The notes beneath the pieces were generated by a model, which was given only the letters and a program-made list of their open reading frames with translations, searched no databases and was not told the DNA's origin. From an uncultured Chroococcidiopsis sp. (lineage in GTDB: Bacteria; Cyanobacteriota; Cyanobacteriia; Cyanobacteriales; Chroococcidiopsidaceae): a stretch of 31,822 nucleotides of DNA. Below, piece by piece: positions 8,424 through 16,962 of this stretch (the stretch's first letter is position 1; each line of letters starts with the position of its first letter). The DNA lies in NCBI GenBank assembly GCA_964248365.1, contig CAXTYC010000048.1, forward strand, positions 1 to 31,822. Reading direction: 5' to 3'. The position numbers and the translations under genes were made by a program.

Positions 8424-9296
8424 ATGCATTTGTCTCGATACGCACTTGCCTGCATTTTGGCATTTATCAGCTTCGCAAACCCATCCAGATTGTCCGCGCA
8501 ATCTCCAACCACTAATAACACATCCAAACCACCTAAGAGTACTTCCAAACCAACTAACAACATTCCCGATAGTAAACCACGCAGGCAACCACAAAGGCAG
8601 CAGCAGGAAAAAATTGATTTTTCTAGTTACGGTAGACCTGGAAATCGGGCAGGAGGAGGAAGCCGTAGCCCCTGCTCATCTACGAGTATACCTCTAACTG
8701 CCTTAATGCCTGAGTCTAACTGGGGAAAAACAGTTGCAGCTACACCGACTTTTTGGTTCTATGTTCCCTATTCTCCGACTGAAGCACGTTCGGGGGAATT
8801 TGTTTTGCAAGATGAAAAATACAATGATATCTACCGTACTCCTTTTACTTTGCCGCAAACGCCAGGTTTTGTTAGCTTAACCGTTCAGTCTCCTGAAGGA
8901 ACTCTCCAGACGGATAAGTGGTATTTTTGGTCTTTCAAGCTTTATTGCGGTCAAAAATCATCTACGCCTGTTTTTGTGGAAGGATGGGTGCAAAGAGTTG
9001 CATTAACAAGTCAACTTGAGCAACAGCTAAAAACAACAACAGAAGATTATGCGGTTTATTGGGCAGGGGGTATTTGGTACGATGCTGTAGATCGTCTTGC
9101 TAAGCTTCGTTTGGCTGATACGAAAAACGTTTTGCTCAATCGTGAATGGGTTGAGTTGTTGGAGTCAAGAGGTGTTGGTTTGAATCAGTTGGCGCAAGAG
9201 TCGATGGTTGGGGAGGTGAGATATTATTTAACGAACCGCCAAGACGCTAGCCTGGGGTTTAAACCCCAGGGAAGCGCGAAGGAAGGAAATAGGTAA
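8424..9296 (+). CDS. DUF928 domain exported protein
   Basis: Signal peptide; G(R)PGNRAGGGSR..C, LTALMP, PTFWFYVPY, GWVQRV, GIWYDA motifs. Confidence 0.88.
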   Translation: MHLSRYALACILAFISFANPSRLSAQSPTTNNTSKPPKSTSKPTNNIPDSKPRRQPQRQQQEKIDFSSYGRPGNRAGGGSRSPCSSTSIPLTALMPESNWGKTVAATPTFWFYVPYSPTEARSGEFVLQDEKYNDIYRTPFTLPQTPGFVSLTVQSPEGTLQTDKWYFWSFKLYCGQKSSTPVFVEGWVQRVALTSQLEQQLKTTTEDYAVYWAGGIWYDAVDRLAKLRLADTKNVLLNREWVELLESRGVGLNQLAQESMVGEVRYYLTNRQDASLGFKPQGSAKEGNR

Positions 9297-9304
9297 TTAC
9301 ATCC

Positions 9305-12172
9305 TCAAAGCCAGTTACCTACTAGAACGTAAGCAGCCCAGAAGTAAGGACGTTTCCAGTCTTGGCTTGGGTTTTTCCATAGGGATAGTTGGGCGCGTTG
9401 GAGTGCTTCAGCTTTGGTTAGATTGTGATCGCCTAAAGATTTGTAGAATTCATTCATGAGTGTAGCAGCAGAGCGATCGTCTACTGACCACAATGTTGCT
9501 AAGGTACTACGTGCGCCAGCTCGCACGGCTATCCCAGCTAGTCCTAAAGCGGCTCGATTGTCTCCTGCTGCTGTTTCACAAGCACTGAGGACGAGTAATT
9601 CGATCGCTCTAGACTTGTCCCAGTTACTATTTTTGATTAAATTATCCAAGTCAGTTATCTTTAGCAATCGATCCCAGGTGAGAATAAAGGTTTCGTCCAG
9701 GTTGGAACTGAATTGTCCGTGAGTTGCCATGTGAACTACGGAAAAGGGAGCCGAGTTGAGTTGATTTTGAATGTTTGTTGTAGTAAATTTATTGTTGAAT
9801 ATCTCCTTACTTTTTGGTACTTCAGATTGAATTTGCTTTAATTCCAATCTGGCGTTTTTAAGTTCGGGAAATTCTTGACCTTCAACTTTGCGTTTTTGAT
9901 CGAGTCCAGCAACCAAGACATTTAGCTTTTCCCTTTGCAAAGATTTGGGTTCTAATAGTTGTAAGCTTGGAGTTAAGGCGATCGCATATTTCTCTAAGAG
10001 ATACTTTTGCTGTTTGTTGTCGTATAAAACAGCCATCGGAATATTTCGCAAGGCACTATCTAGCACAAATACTAGTTTTTTAACCTGCGTTTTTTCTAAA
10101 TCAGCCTCAAGCGGTTGAATCAGCCAGCTATAAACGAGGGCAGATAATTTCTGCACGTCATTGGTTCGATCGGGTTCTCTTAAGTATTGTTGCAGTTGTT
10201 CTAGAGTTGTTTCTACTTCTGTGTTGGATATATTCGTCGCATAGTGACGCAGCGGTTGATTTGGTAACTTGAGGACGATCTCTAACCGTTGTGGCAATAT
10301 AATTGAATAGATAACGGATGTATAGCGATCGCCCAAGTCAACAACGCGATCGATCAGTTCTGGCTGAGGATTTAAACAAGCTGAACGAAAGAAATTTTCT
10401 AATTCTGCTAGCTGCAATGATTCAATTGTATTTCGAGCAAGCGTGAGATTCTCGTTTTCAGAAGGCGATTGCAATAGCAAGTCAACTAACTGGCGATAAA
10501 CTGGTTCGACTTCATCCCGAAAGTTAAACTGTACCTGTGGGTTAATTGCAACTAAATCTTTACGCAGGAATTCGAGGTTTTTAACTGCTTGGGAGTATGC
10601 TGCGATCGCATCGGGAATATTTCCCTGCTCTCTAAATATACGCCCTAACTGCCACTGCCAACGATATGCAATATCTGTTGCATCAATTGACTGTGCTAAA
10701 AACAAAGCTTCCTGGGTGAGTTTTTCAGCATCATTCCACTGTTGGGTTTGTTCGTACAAACTACCTAAACTACCCAAAGCATAAGCTTCTGCGCGCTTAT
10801 CTCCCAAACTTTTAGCCTGTTGCACTGCTGTAGATAAGATTTGAGCAACAGAAGAGGGGCTATATGAGGGGCTAGAGGCTAGGGGCTGGGGGTTAGGGAA
10901 ATTTTGCGGAAAGTTGGCGGTGTCGGTTTCCGTCCCGCCAAACTTTCCAAGACGGATTTTAGATTTTGGATTTTGGATTGTCAATTCCTCCCCTTGTCCC
11001 CCTTGTCCCCCTTGTCCCCCTTTTCCTCTAGTTCCTTCTTCCCTAGTCCCTAGCCCCAAGCCCCCAGCCCCTAACTTCATCAAACTTTGGGCAAAGTTAA
11101 TTTGAGCGTAAACAGCCGTTCGACTGGGTGGCAAGTTGGCAAGCCCAGCCTGGATTTGGGGATATAATACTTTAGCCCAATCCCATTGCTTTGTTTCTAC
11201 CAATAAGCTAAGTTGATTTAGCTGCGCTTGAAGGCGTGTAGTTGATGCAGATGCATCTTCTGCCTGCTGATAAAACTTTAAAGCAGCTTGGGTGTCTTTT
11301 TGGGCGCGGGCAGTGTTACCTAAACTAAGTAGAGTATCGCTGATAGCTTGGGAAGAATGCGATGCCGAAGGCGGTTCGCTTTGCGACCATCGCGTTGCCA
11401 CATTCAAACTTTCCTCTAATACCTGACGAGATGCTTTTAAATTGCCGACAACGCGAAAGACATTGCCAAGACTACGCAATCCTAACGCTTTAAGTTCAGA
11501 ATTTGGTTGTTTTTGCAGACTTTGTTGGACTTTTGTTAAAGTTTTCTCTGCTTGACGATAATGCCCCAGAGTTTGTAGAGCTTGAGCAGAATTGATTTGG
11601 TTACGGGTTAGCCCAGCATCATCTTTTAATTTTACATAAATATCAGCTGCTTGTCGCCAAGTAGTTAAAGCTAGTTCAGTTTTTCCTTGTGCCAATTGCA
11701 GACGACCTTGAATATCTAAAGCTTGGGCAAGAACATCAAGATTTTGGATTTTAGATTTTGGATTTTGGATTGCATCTCCTCTGCCCCTCTGCCCCTCTGC
11801 CCCTCTGCCCTTCTCCCCAGAATATCCCAGTAAATTGAGACAGGAGGCGATCGCCAATTGTGCTTTGTCCCACACTCCGAGTTGCTGATAAGCTAAGGAA
11901 AGATTGCTCAAGCTCAAGGCTTGGTTGAGTTTATCCCCAGAAGCTTTGAAGGAATTAACAGCTTGTTGCAAGAGTGCGATCGCAGAGGTATACTGTTCGG
12001 CATCGTAGAATTTTTTGCCTTGCTGCACCAATTGTTGGGCATTGGGATTTTGAACGATAGATTCCGCAGTTGTATAAGCAAGGGTGGGCGGCAATACTGC
12101 TGTGCATAATAATAGAACCAAAAATATTACGATTCTACTTTTACGAATAAATGTAGGCTGTTTTCTTCCCAT
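9305..12172 (-). CDS. Exported TPR-CHAT (HetF/caspase-like) protease
   Basis: N-terminal signal peptide; many TPRs; IESLQLAELENFF; catalytic HMATHG and LSACETA; LATLWSVDD; C-terminal PYFWAAYVLVGNWL. Confidence 0.92.
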   Translation of the reverse strand: MGRKQPTFIRKSRIVIFLVLLLCTAVLPPTLAYTTAESIVQNPNAQQLVQQGKKFYDAEQYTSAIALLQQAVNSFKASGDKLNQALSLSNLSLAYQQLGVWDKAQLAIASCLNLLGYSGEKGRGAEGQRGRGDAIQNPKSKIQNLDVLAQALDIQGRLQLAQGKTELALTTWRQAADIYVKLKDDAGLTRNQINSAQALQTLGHYRQAEKTLTKVQQSLQKQPNSELKALGLRSLGNVFRVVGNLKASRQVLEESLNVATRWSQSEPPSASHSSQAISDTLLSLGNTARAQKDTQAALKFYQQAEDASASTTRLQAQLNQLSLLVETKQWDWAKVLYPQIQAGLANLPPSRTAVYAQINFAQSLMKLGAGGLGLGTREEGTRGKGGQGGQGGQGEELTIQNPKSKIRLGKFGGTETDTANFPQNFPNPQPLASSPSYSPSSVAQILSTAVQQAKSLGDKRAEAYALGSLGSLYEQTQQWNDAEKLTQEALFLAQSIDATDIAYRWQWQLGRIFREQGNIPDAIAAYSQAVKNLEFLRKDLVAINPQVQFNFRDEVEPVYRQLVDLLLQSPSENENLTLARNTIESLQLAELENFFRSACLNPQPELIDRVVDLGDRYTSVIYSIILPQRLEIVLKLPNQPLRHYATNISNTEVETTLEQLQQYLREPDRTNDVQKLSALVYSWLIQPLEADLEKTQVKKLVFVLDSALRNIPMAVLYDNKQQKYLLEKYAIALTPSLQLLEPKSLQREKLNVLVAGLDQKRKVEGQEFPELKNARLELKQIQSEVPKSKEIFNNKFTTTNIQNQLNSAPFSVVHMATHGQFSSNLDETFILTWDRLLKITDLDNLIKNSNWDKSRAIELLVLSACETAAGDNRAALGLAGIAVRAGARSTLATLWSVDDRSAATLMNEFYKSLGDHNLTKAEALQRAQLSLWKNPSQDWKRPYFWAAYVLVGNWL

Positions 12173-12282
12173 TTTCTAGCTCTTGCTTGCCCTTATGCGT
12201 AAGCGTTGCGTAGACGTTGTTATCGCCACCAATTTAATATAAATACCCTTGACAAATTTATATATCACTGCATATAGTTCGA

Positions 12283-15078
12283 TTACTTTGCATGACATTT
12301 AGCTGGTGTCTGCTTGGAATTACCTGGTAATACGGGAGTAGCAGAGGCTGTAAGGATAACATTGCCATTGTTAGCGATCGTCCAGCCAGTAGCTTCTAGG
12401 ATAGAATCTGGCTCAGGTGTGGTTATATTTGTGGAAACACCTTGGTTGCGGTTTTCTACTTTTGGATTGAGAGTTACCCAATCAACCTGTACAGCATCAC
12501 TGCTGAGCGTTTCGTCTGGACTAGGAGGCAAGCCGCCGCGACCTGTGACCACAAATTCGCTTTGTGCTTGATTTCCACTCGGTTGACAAGTCTGTGCTAC
12601 CCTAGCTTCAACTAGCTGGACTGGCAGGTTTATTAGCCCACTATTAGGTTCAATGCCTGGTGTATTGATGTCTACTACGCCGTTTACTCCAAACTGGGAA
12701 CTGGCAGTAATGTCACTTTCTGGAGTTAGTTGTGAATGGTACTTTAGTCCATAGATGCCTTGGGCAGTGATGTTGATGTTTCCTCCCCGACCTTGAAAGG
12801 CATTGGCAGTGATGTCGCTGTCTTCAATAGGGACAGCAACGATGAAGCCATTAGGAGCATTGATGGTGATATTACCGCCGTCTCCTCCTTTCTGGCCTGT
12901 GCCTGCATTCGTAGAAATTCGACTACCCTGACGCAGCAGCAGGATGTCTCGCAGCTTTATCCCAATCTCACCACCTTGAGTACTAAATGTTTCTGCTGAA
13001 ATCTGCCCTTGATTCTTAAGGATTAAACTGCCAGCCTGAACGTCAATTTTGCCTCCTTGTCCATTTCCTTGACTATTAACTGCTATTTCGGCACCGCCTT
13101 GAAGCGTCAATTTGCCGGAATTAATGACAATATCACCGCCAAAGCCTTCTGTGTTGGGGTCGGTGTTAGCAAACAGCCCGCTGACAGCACCTAAATTGCT
13201 AACACTGCCTCCATTTCGGCTGTCTCCAAATTTAGTGAGTCGGTCATCGTAGGTAGGGTCACTACCAGAAAGGGTAGCGCTACCAGTAATGTTGAGAGTT
13301 ATATTGCCTGCTTTTCCACTGTTATAAGTTCTTGTAATTATTTGTCCACCATTAGTTGCTTCAAAGGTATCTGCATTGATGGTGAGGCTACCTCCAGGTT
13401 TGGAGTTGTTAGTTTGAGCTTCTACAATTGCTCCATCAGCTACACGAAACGAGCCTGTACTAACTGTAGCTTTGCCTGCTGCTCCTGCGGTGTCATTTAT
13501 ACTTGCGACACCTATTAAGCTAGAAAATCCATTGTTTCCTACCCCCTGTAAAAAAACAGTATCCGGGGCATTGATATTCACATTGCCTGCATTTCCTTGA
13601 CCTCTAGTGATGGCAAGCAGTTGAGCACCATTGGTAACAGAAAGCGACCTGGTGCTGATGCGGATCTCCCCACCTTGTCCTCTGCCAGTTCTGCCCACGT
13701 CACTGAAGGCATCACTACCAGAACTACCATCGCTACTTCTGCCATCGAAGGAGACGCGATCGTGGGCATCGATGATGATATTCCCTGCATCACCCTCTCC
13801 ATCGGTACTGGCAACCAATTGAGCGCCGTTTGTAAGTGAAAGTTCCCTGGTGCTGATGCGAATGTCTCCACCCTTTCCTATGCCAGTCTTATCAACAGAG
13901 CTGAAGATAGCAGTGGAATAATTAGGATCGCTACCTTTGCCATCCAAGGAGACGTGATCGCGGGCATCAATAATAATATTTCCTGCATTCCCTTGACCAA
14001 GGGTACTGGTACTCAGTTGAGCGCCTTTTGTAAGTGTGAGTTCCCCAGTGCTGATGCGGATATTGCCACTGTTGCCCGTAGCTCCTGATACCACCCTATT
14101 TGTAAACAAACTGTTATTAGTAAGGTTTATTGTTCCTGTAGCGTTAACTTCTATATCCCCTGCTTGAGAGCCAACAGAACCCAACCCTGAACCTATCCCC
14201 GCCCGCAGCCTACTTTCTCCTGCCAGATTCAAGTTTTGGGCATTGACTGCAATACTTCCACCGCCGCTAGCACGTACATTCACATCAGCGCCATTATTAA
14301 GGAATACGTCTGCTCGTGGTAAACCATCAGGAAAATTCAAACGCAGATCGCTATTATCAACATTCAGCCCTACAGTTCCCGATCCTGCCACACTTCCCAA
14401 CTCGACACGCCCGCCAGGAGCAAAGATTTTCCCACCCTCTAAGCTGACATTGCCACCTACTAATAACAAACTCTTGCCTTGAGGTACTTGTAACCCCCTT
14501 GAGTCAGCTGTAGAACGATTGACAATCTCTTGTGTCTTAAGTTGATTAAAAAGCAATGCATTCGGATTCACATTCAACAGTTTTGTGGGCAGGGGTGCTT
14601 GTGGATTAGTACTAAAAATATCTCCATTAGTTAATCCAATCCCATTAGCTGTTGTTCCAACAAACGAACCTTTAACATCTAAACTTGCATTTTGTCCAAA
14701 AATAATCCCATTCGGGTTAATCAAAAATAGGTTGGCATTGCCTAATACTCCCAGCTTGCCAAGTATTTGAGAGGGATTACCTCCTGTAACTCTACTCAAG
14801 ATGTTCTCAATTCCAGTAGGGTTGGTAAAATAGACCGATCGCCCTTCACCGACATTAAATTCCCCAAAACTGTGAAACAGGTTAGCGCCTCTAGTTGCGC
14901 CGCCGTTGATAGAGTCAACCGATCCTGTTGATTTAACTGTAGAATTTTCATTACCCAATGTGTTATCAGGTATAACCTGGGCATAAGCGCAATTTGCCCA
15001 AGTGTTAGCGAAGCTTAACGAAGTTATCGCACCACTCATCACTAAAGTCGCTAACCCTAGTTTCCAGCTTTGAATCAT
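12283..15078 (-). CDS. Filamentous haemagglutinin N-terminal-domain (TpsA-like) beta-helix exoprotein
   Basis: Signal peptide ending AYA-Q; NLFHSFGEFNV, NILSRVTG, NPNGIIFG; Gly-rich GGNI.I repeats including three 198-bp units (gtgctgatgcg at 13652, 13850, 14048); C-terminal FVVTGRGGLPPSP and EATGW. Confidence 0.9.
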   Translation of the reverse strand: MIQSWKLGLATLVMSGAITSLSFANTWANCAYAQVIPDNTLGNENSTVKSTGSVDSINGGATRGANLFHSFGEFNVGEGRSVYFTNPTGIENILSRVTGGNPSQILGKLGVLGNANLFLINPNGIIFGQNASLDVKGSFVGTTANGIGLTNGDIFSTNPQAPLPTKLLNVNPNALLFNQLKTQEIVNRSTADSRGLQVPQGKSLLLVGGNVSLEGGKIFAPGGRVELGSVAGSGTVGLNVDNSDLRLNFPDGLPRADVFLNNGADVNVRASGGGSIAVNAQNLNLAGESRLRAGIGSGLGSVGSQAGDIEVNATGTINLTNNSLFTNRVVSGATGNSGNIRISTGELTLTKGAQLSTSTLGQGNAGNIIIDARDHVSLDGKGSDPNYSTAIFSSVDKTGIGKGGDIRISTRELSLTNGAQLVASTDGEGDAGNIIIDAHDRVSFDGRSSDGSSGSDAFSDVGRTGRGQGGEIRISTRSLSVTNGAQLLAITRGQGNAGNVNINAPDTVFLQGVGNNGFSSLIGVASINDTAGAAGKATVSTGSFRVADGAIVEAQTNNSKPGGSLTINADTFEATNGGQIITRTYNSGKAGNITLNITGSATLSGSDPTYDDRLTKFGDSRNGGSVSNLGAVSGLFANTDPNTEGFGGDIVINSGKLTLQGGAEIAVNSQGNGQGGKIDVQAGSLILKNQGQISAETFSTQGGEIGIKLRDILLLRQGSRISTNAGTGQKGGDGGNITINAPNGFIVAVPIEDSDITANAFQGRGGNINITAQGIYGLKYHSQLTPESDITASSQFGVNGVVDINTPGIEPNSGLINLPVQLVEARVAQTCQPSGNQAQSEFVVTGRGGLPPSPDETLSSDAVQVDWVTLNPKVENRNQGVSTNITTPEPDSILEATGWTIANNGNVILTASATPVLPGNSKQTPAKCHAK

Positions 15079-15206
15079 CCCTAATGCCTCTAGCTTGAAA
15101 CAGTCTTTACGCGAACCACAGCCGATCGCCTATCAGAATAAAAGGAAAGTGAACCCTAAAACGATAAAGATAGTTAAGAATAGTTGCGTAGATATGCATT
15201 TACCCG

Positions 15207-16586
15207 TTACACATCTGCAATCAGCCTTGCCTTTCTCAGAAAGAATTGCAGTACAGTTTCTTCTCTTGAGATAATATCGGCTGTACCTTCCATGCCCAAT
15301 TGGATCGCACACTGATGTTCGCCTCTACCTAAAGTAAGATTTTCTGGCTCAATCGTTACCTGATAAAAGGAAGCAACAGCCGCTTTTTGGCTTGCATCTG
15401 TTGTCGCGGCGCTATTTGCACCATTTGCTTGGGGAGTAATTGCATCTGGGGAAATCGCCTTAACCTTACCTTTGAGAGTGCCGTAATCAGGATAAGGACA
15501 GGCAGAAACGCGCATTTGTACGTTTTGACCTGCTTTCAATTTGTTTTTATCCCCAAGTGCGACGGCTGCCTTTATAACTATAGGTGCATTACTTGGGACA
15601 ATTTCAGCAATTTCCTCGCCTGCGCTGACTGTTTGACTGTTGTTGCGTAGTTTCAGCCGTGAGATTATACCATCAGAGGTTGCAGTAATAACAGTGCGAC
15701 CGAGTTCAATATTTACTTGTCCTAGTTCGCGGCTATCCCCATCTAGCTGTTTTTGAATTTCAATTCTTTGACCGATCAAAGCATCTCGTTCTTTATTTAA
15801 TGTAGCAATGTTAGCTGTTCCTGTCGCTTTTTCTTGGGCGATGCGTGAAGAAGCGATCGCAACTTCTGCATTACTCGGATTAAGGAGGGCGATCGCGTGA
15901 TGCAACTTGGCTTTAGCCGCCGAAACTGCTTGTGATTGCTGGCGGACAGCTAGTTGTGCTTCCTCAAATTGATCTTGAGACAAAGCACCAACTTTTGCTA
16001 CACTTGCGTATCGGTTGCGTTTTGTCTGGGCTGCTTTCAGACCAGCCTCGGCTGCTTTTACATTCGCTTGTGCTTCCTCAACATCAGTGGCGGTAGTAGT
16101 TTGTTTGTCTTGATATTCTCGACTACGACCGCTTAATTCAGCTTCCGCCGCAGCGACAACGCGATCGCTTTTTTCAGTTTCGGCGCTTATTTGCCGATTA
16201 AGGGCATTGATCTGACCGTTGATTTGAACGAGTTGTAATTTCTGAAGCTGTATACTATTTTGCAGTTGACTTTTTTTGGTTTGCAAGCGGGAATCGTCAA
16301 TAGTTGCGATCGCATCTCCGGTTTTAACCGTTTGATTCTCTTTGACCGAGATACTCATAATCGAACCTTCCGTTGCAGCGTTAACAATCCGCAACTCACC
16401 AGTCGGTCGAACATTCGCCTCTGCTTTGACCGTCACCTTATATTTAACCACAGAGGCAAGCGCGATCGCTATTACCATTGCACCGAGCATAACCATTCCG
16501 CCGAAAGTAGTCCAACGACCGAGTGGTGGAAGAAACTCGTTATCTTGAACTTGAGGTAGATAGTCTGAATTGGAGTGACTAATCAT
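15207..16586 (-). CDS. HlyD-family periplasmic adaptor of a type I exporter
   Basis: N-terminal TM, lipoyl-like VKENQTVKTGD, long coiled coil, ACPYPDYGTLKGKVKAISPD, GMEGTADII. Confidence 0.93.
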   Translation of the reverse strand: MISHSNSDYLPQVQDNEFLPPLGRWTTFGGMVMLGAMVIAIALASVVKYKVTVKAEANVRPTGELRIVNAATEGSIMSISVKENQTVKTGDAIATIDDSRLQTKKSQLQNSIQLQKLQLVQINGQINALNRQISAETEKSDRVVAAAEAELSGRSREYQDKQTTTATDVEEAQANVKAAEAGLKAAQTKRNRYASVAKVGALSQDQFEEAQLAVRQQSQAVSAAKAKLHHAIALLNPSNAEVAIASSRIAQEKATGTANIATLNKERDALIGQRIEIQKQLDGDSRELGQVNIELGRTVITATSDGIISRLKLRNNSQTVSAGEEIAEIVPSNAPIVIKAAVALGDKNKLKAGQNVQMRVSACPYPDYGTLKGKVKAISPDAITPQANGANSAATTDASQKAAVASFYQVTIEPENLTLGRGEHQCAIQLGMEGTADIISREETVLQFFLRKARLIADV

Positions 16587-16637
16587 CAGAGTAGGGGTGA
16601 GGGATGAGGGGTGAGGGGTAACTGCTAACTGCTAACG

Positions 16638-16862
16638 GCTAATTACTTACTGCTTTAAGCTAATTGCTTTCTGCTTTGAGCTAATTGCTTACTAAAAACA
16701 GCTAATTGCTTTCTGCTTTGAGCTAATTGCTTACTGAAAACACGTAATTGCTTACTGAAAACACGTAATTGCTTACTGAAAACACGTAATTGCTTACTGA
16801 AAACAGCTAATTGCTTACTGCAAACACTTAATTGCTTACTGAAAACAGCTAATTGCTTACTG
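16638..16862. repeat. 21-bp tandem repeat array, about 10.7 units (consensus gctaattgcttactgaaaaca)
   Basis: Units start every 21 nt from 16638 to 16848; two tail variants (gctttga and gaaaaca); flanked by short STRRs. Confidence 0.95.
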
Positions 16863-16962
16863 GTAATCGGTAATGGCAGGTGGAGTATAGTTGATGGTTG
16901 ATGGTTCAATGCAATGAACAATGAACACTACTCACTACTCACTACTCACTACTGACTACTCA

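Noticed and set aside
9305..12172. Type III-E CRISPR-associated protease (Csx29) or HetF orthologue
   Set aside because: It has a signal peptide and no cas genes or array nearby; only the CHAT family is shared.
12205..15192. Shared 10-mer gttgcgtaga upstream of the TPR-CHAT gene (12205) and the TpsA-like gene (15183)
   Set aside because: Distances to the start codons differ, there is no second conserved block, and it resembles common dispersed repeats; could be chance.
16638..16862. Possible CRISPR array
   Set aside because: Head-to-tail 21-mers with no unique spacers, and no cas genes in the window.
16655..16921. 88-aa heptad ORF as a real gene
   Set aside because: TTG start without a clear Shine-Dalgarno; the open frame follows from the 21-bp period. 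Kept only as a possibility in the findings.
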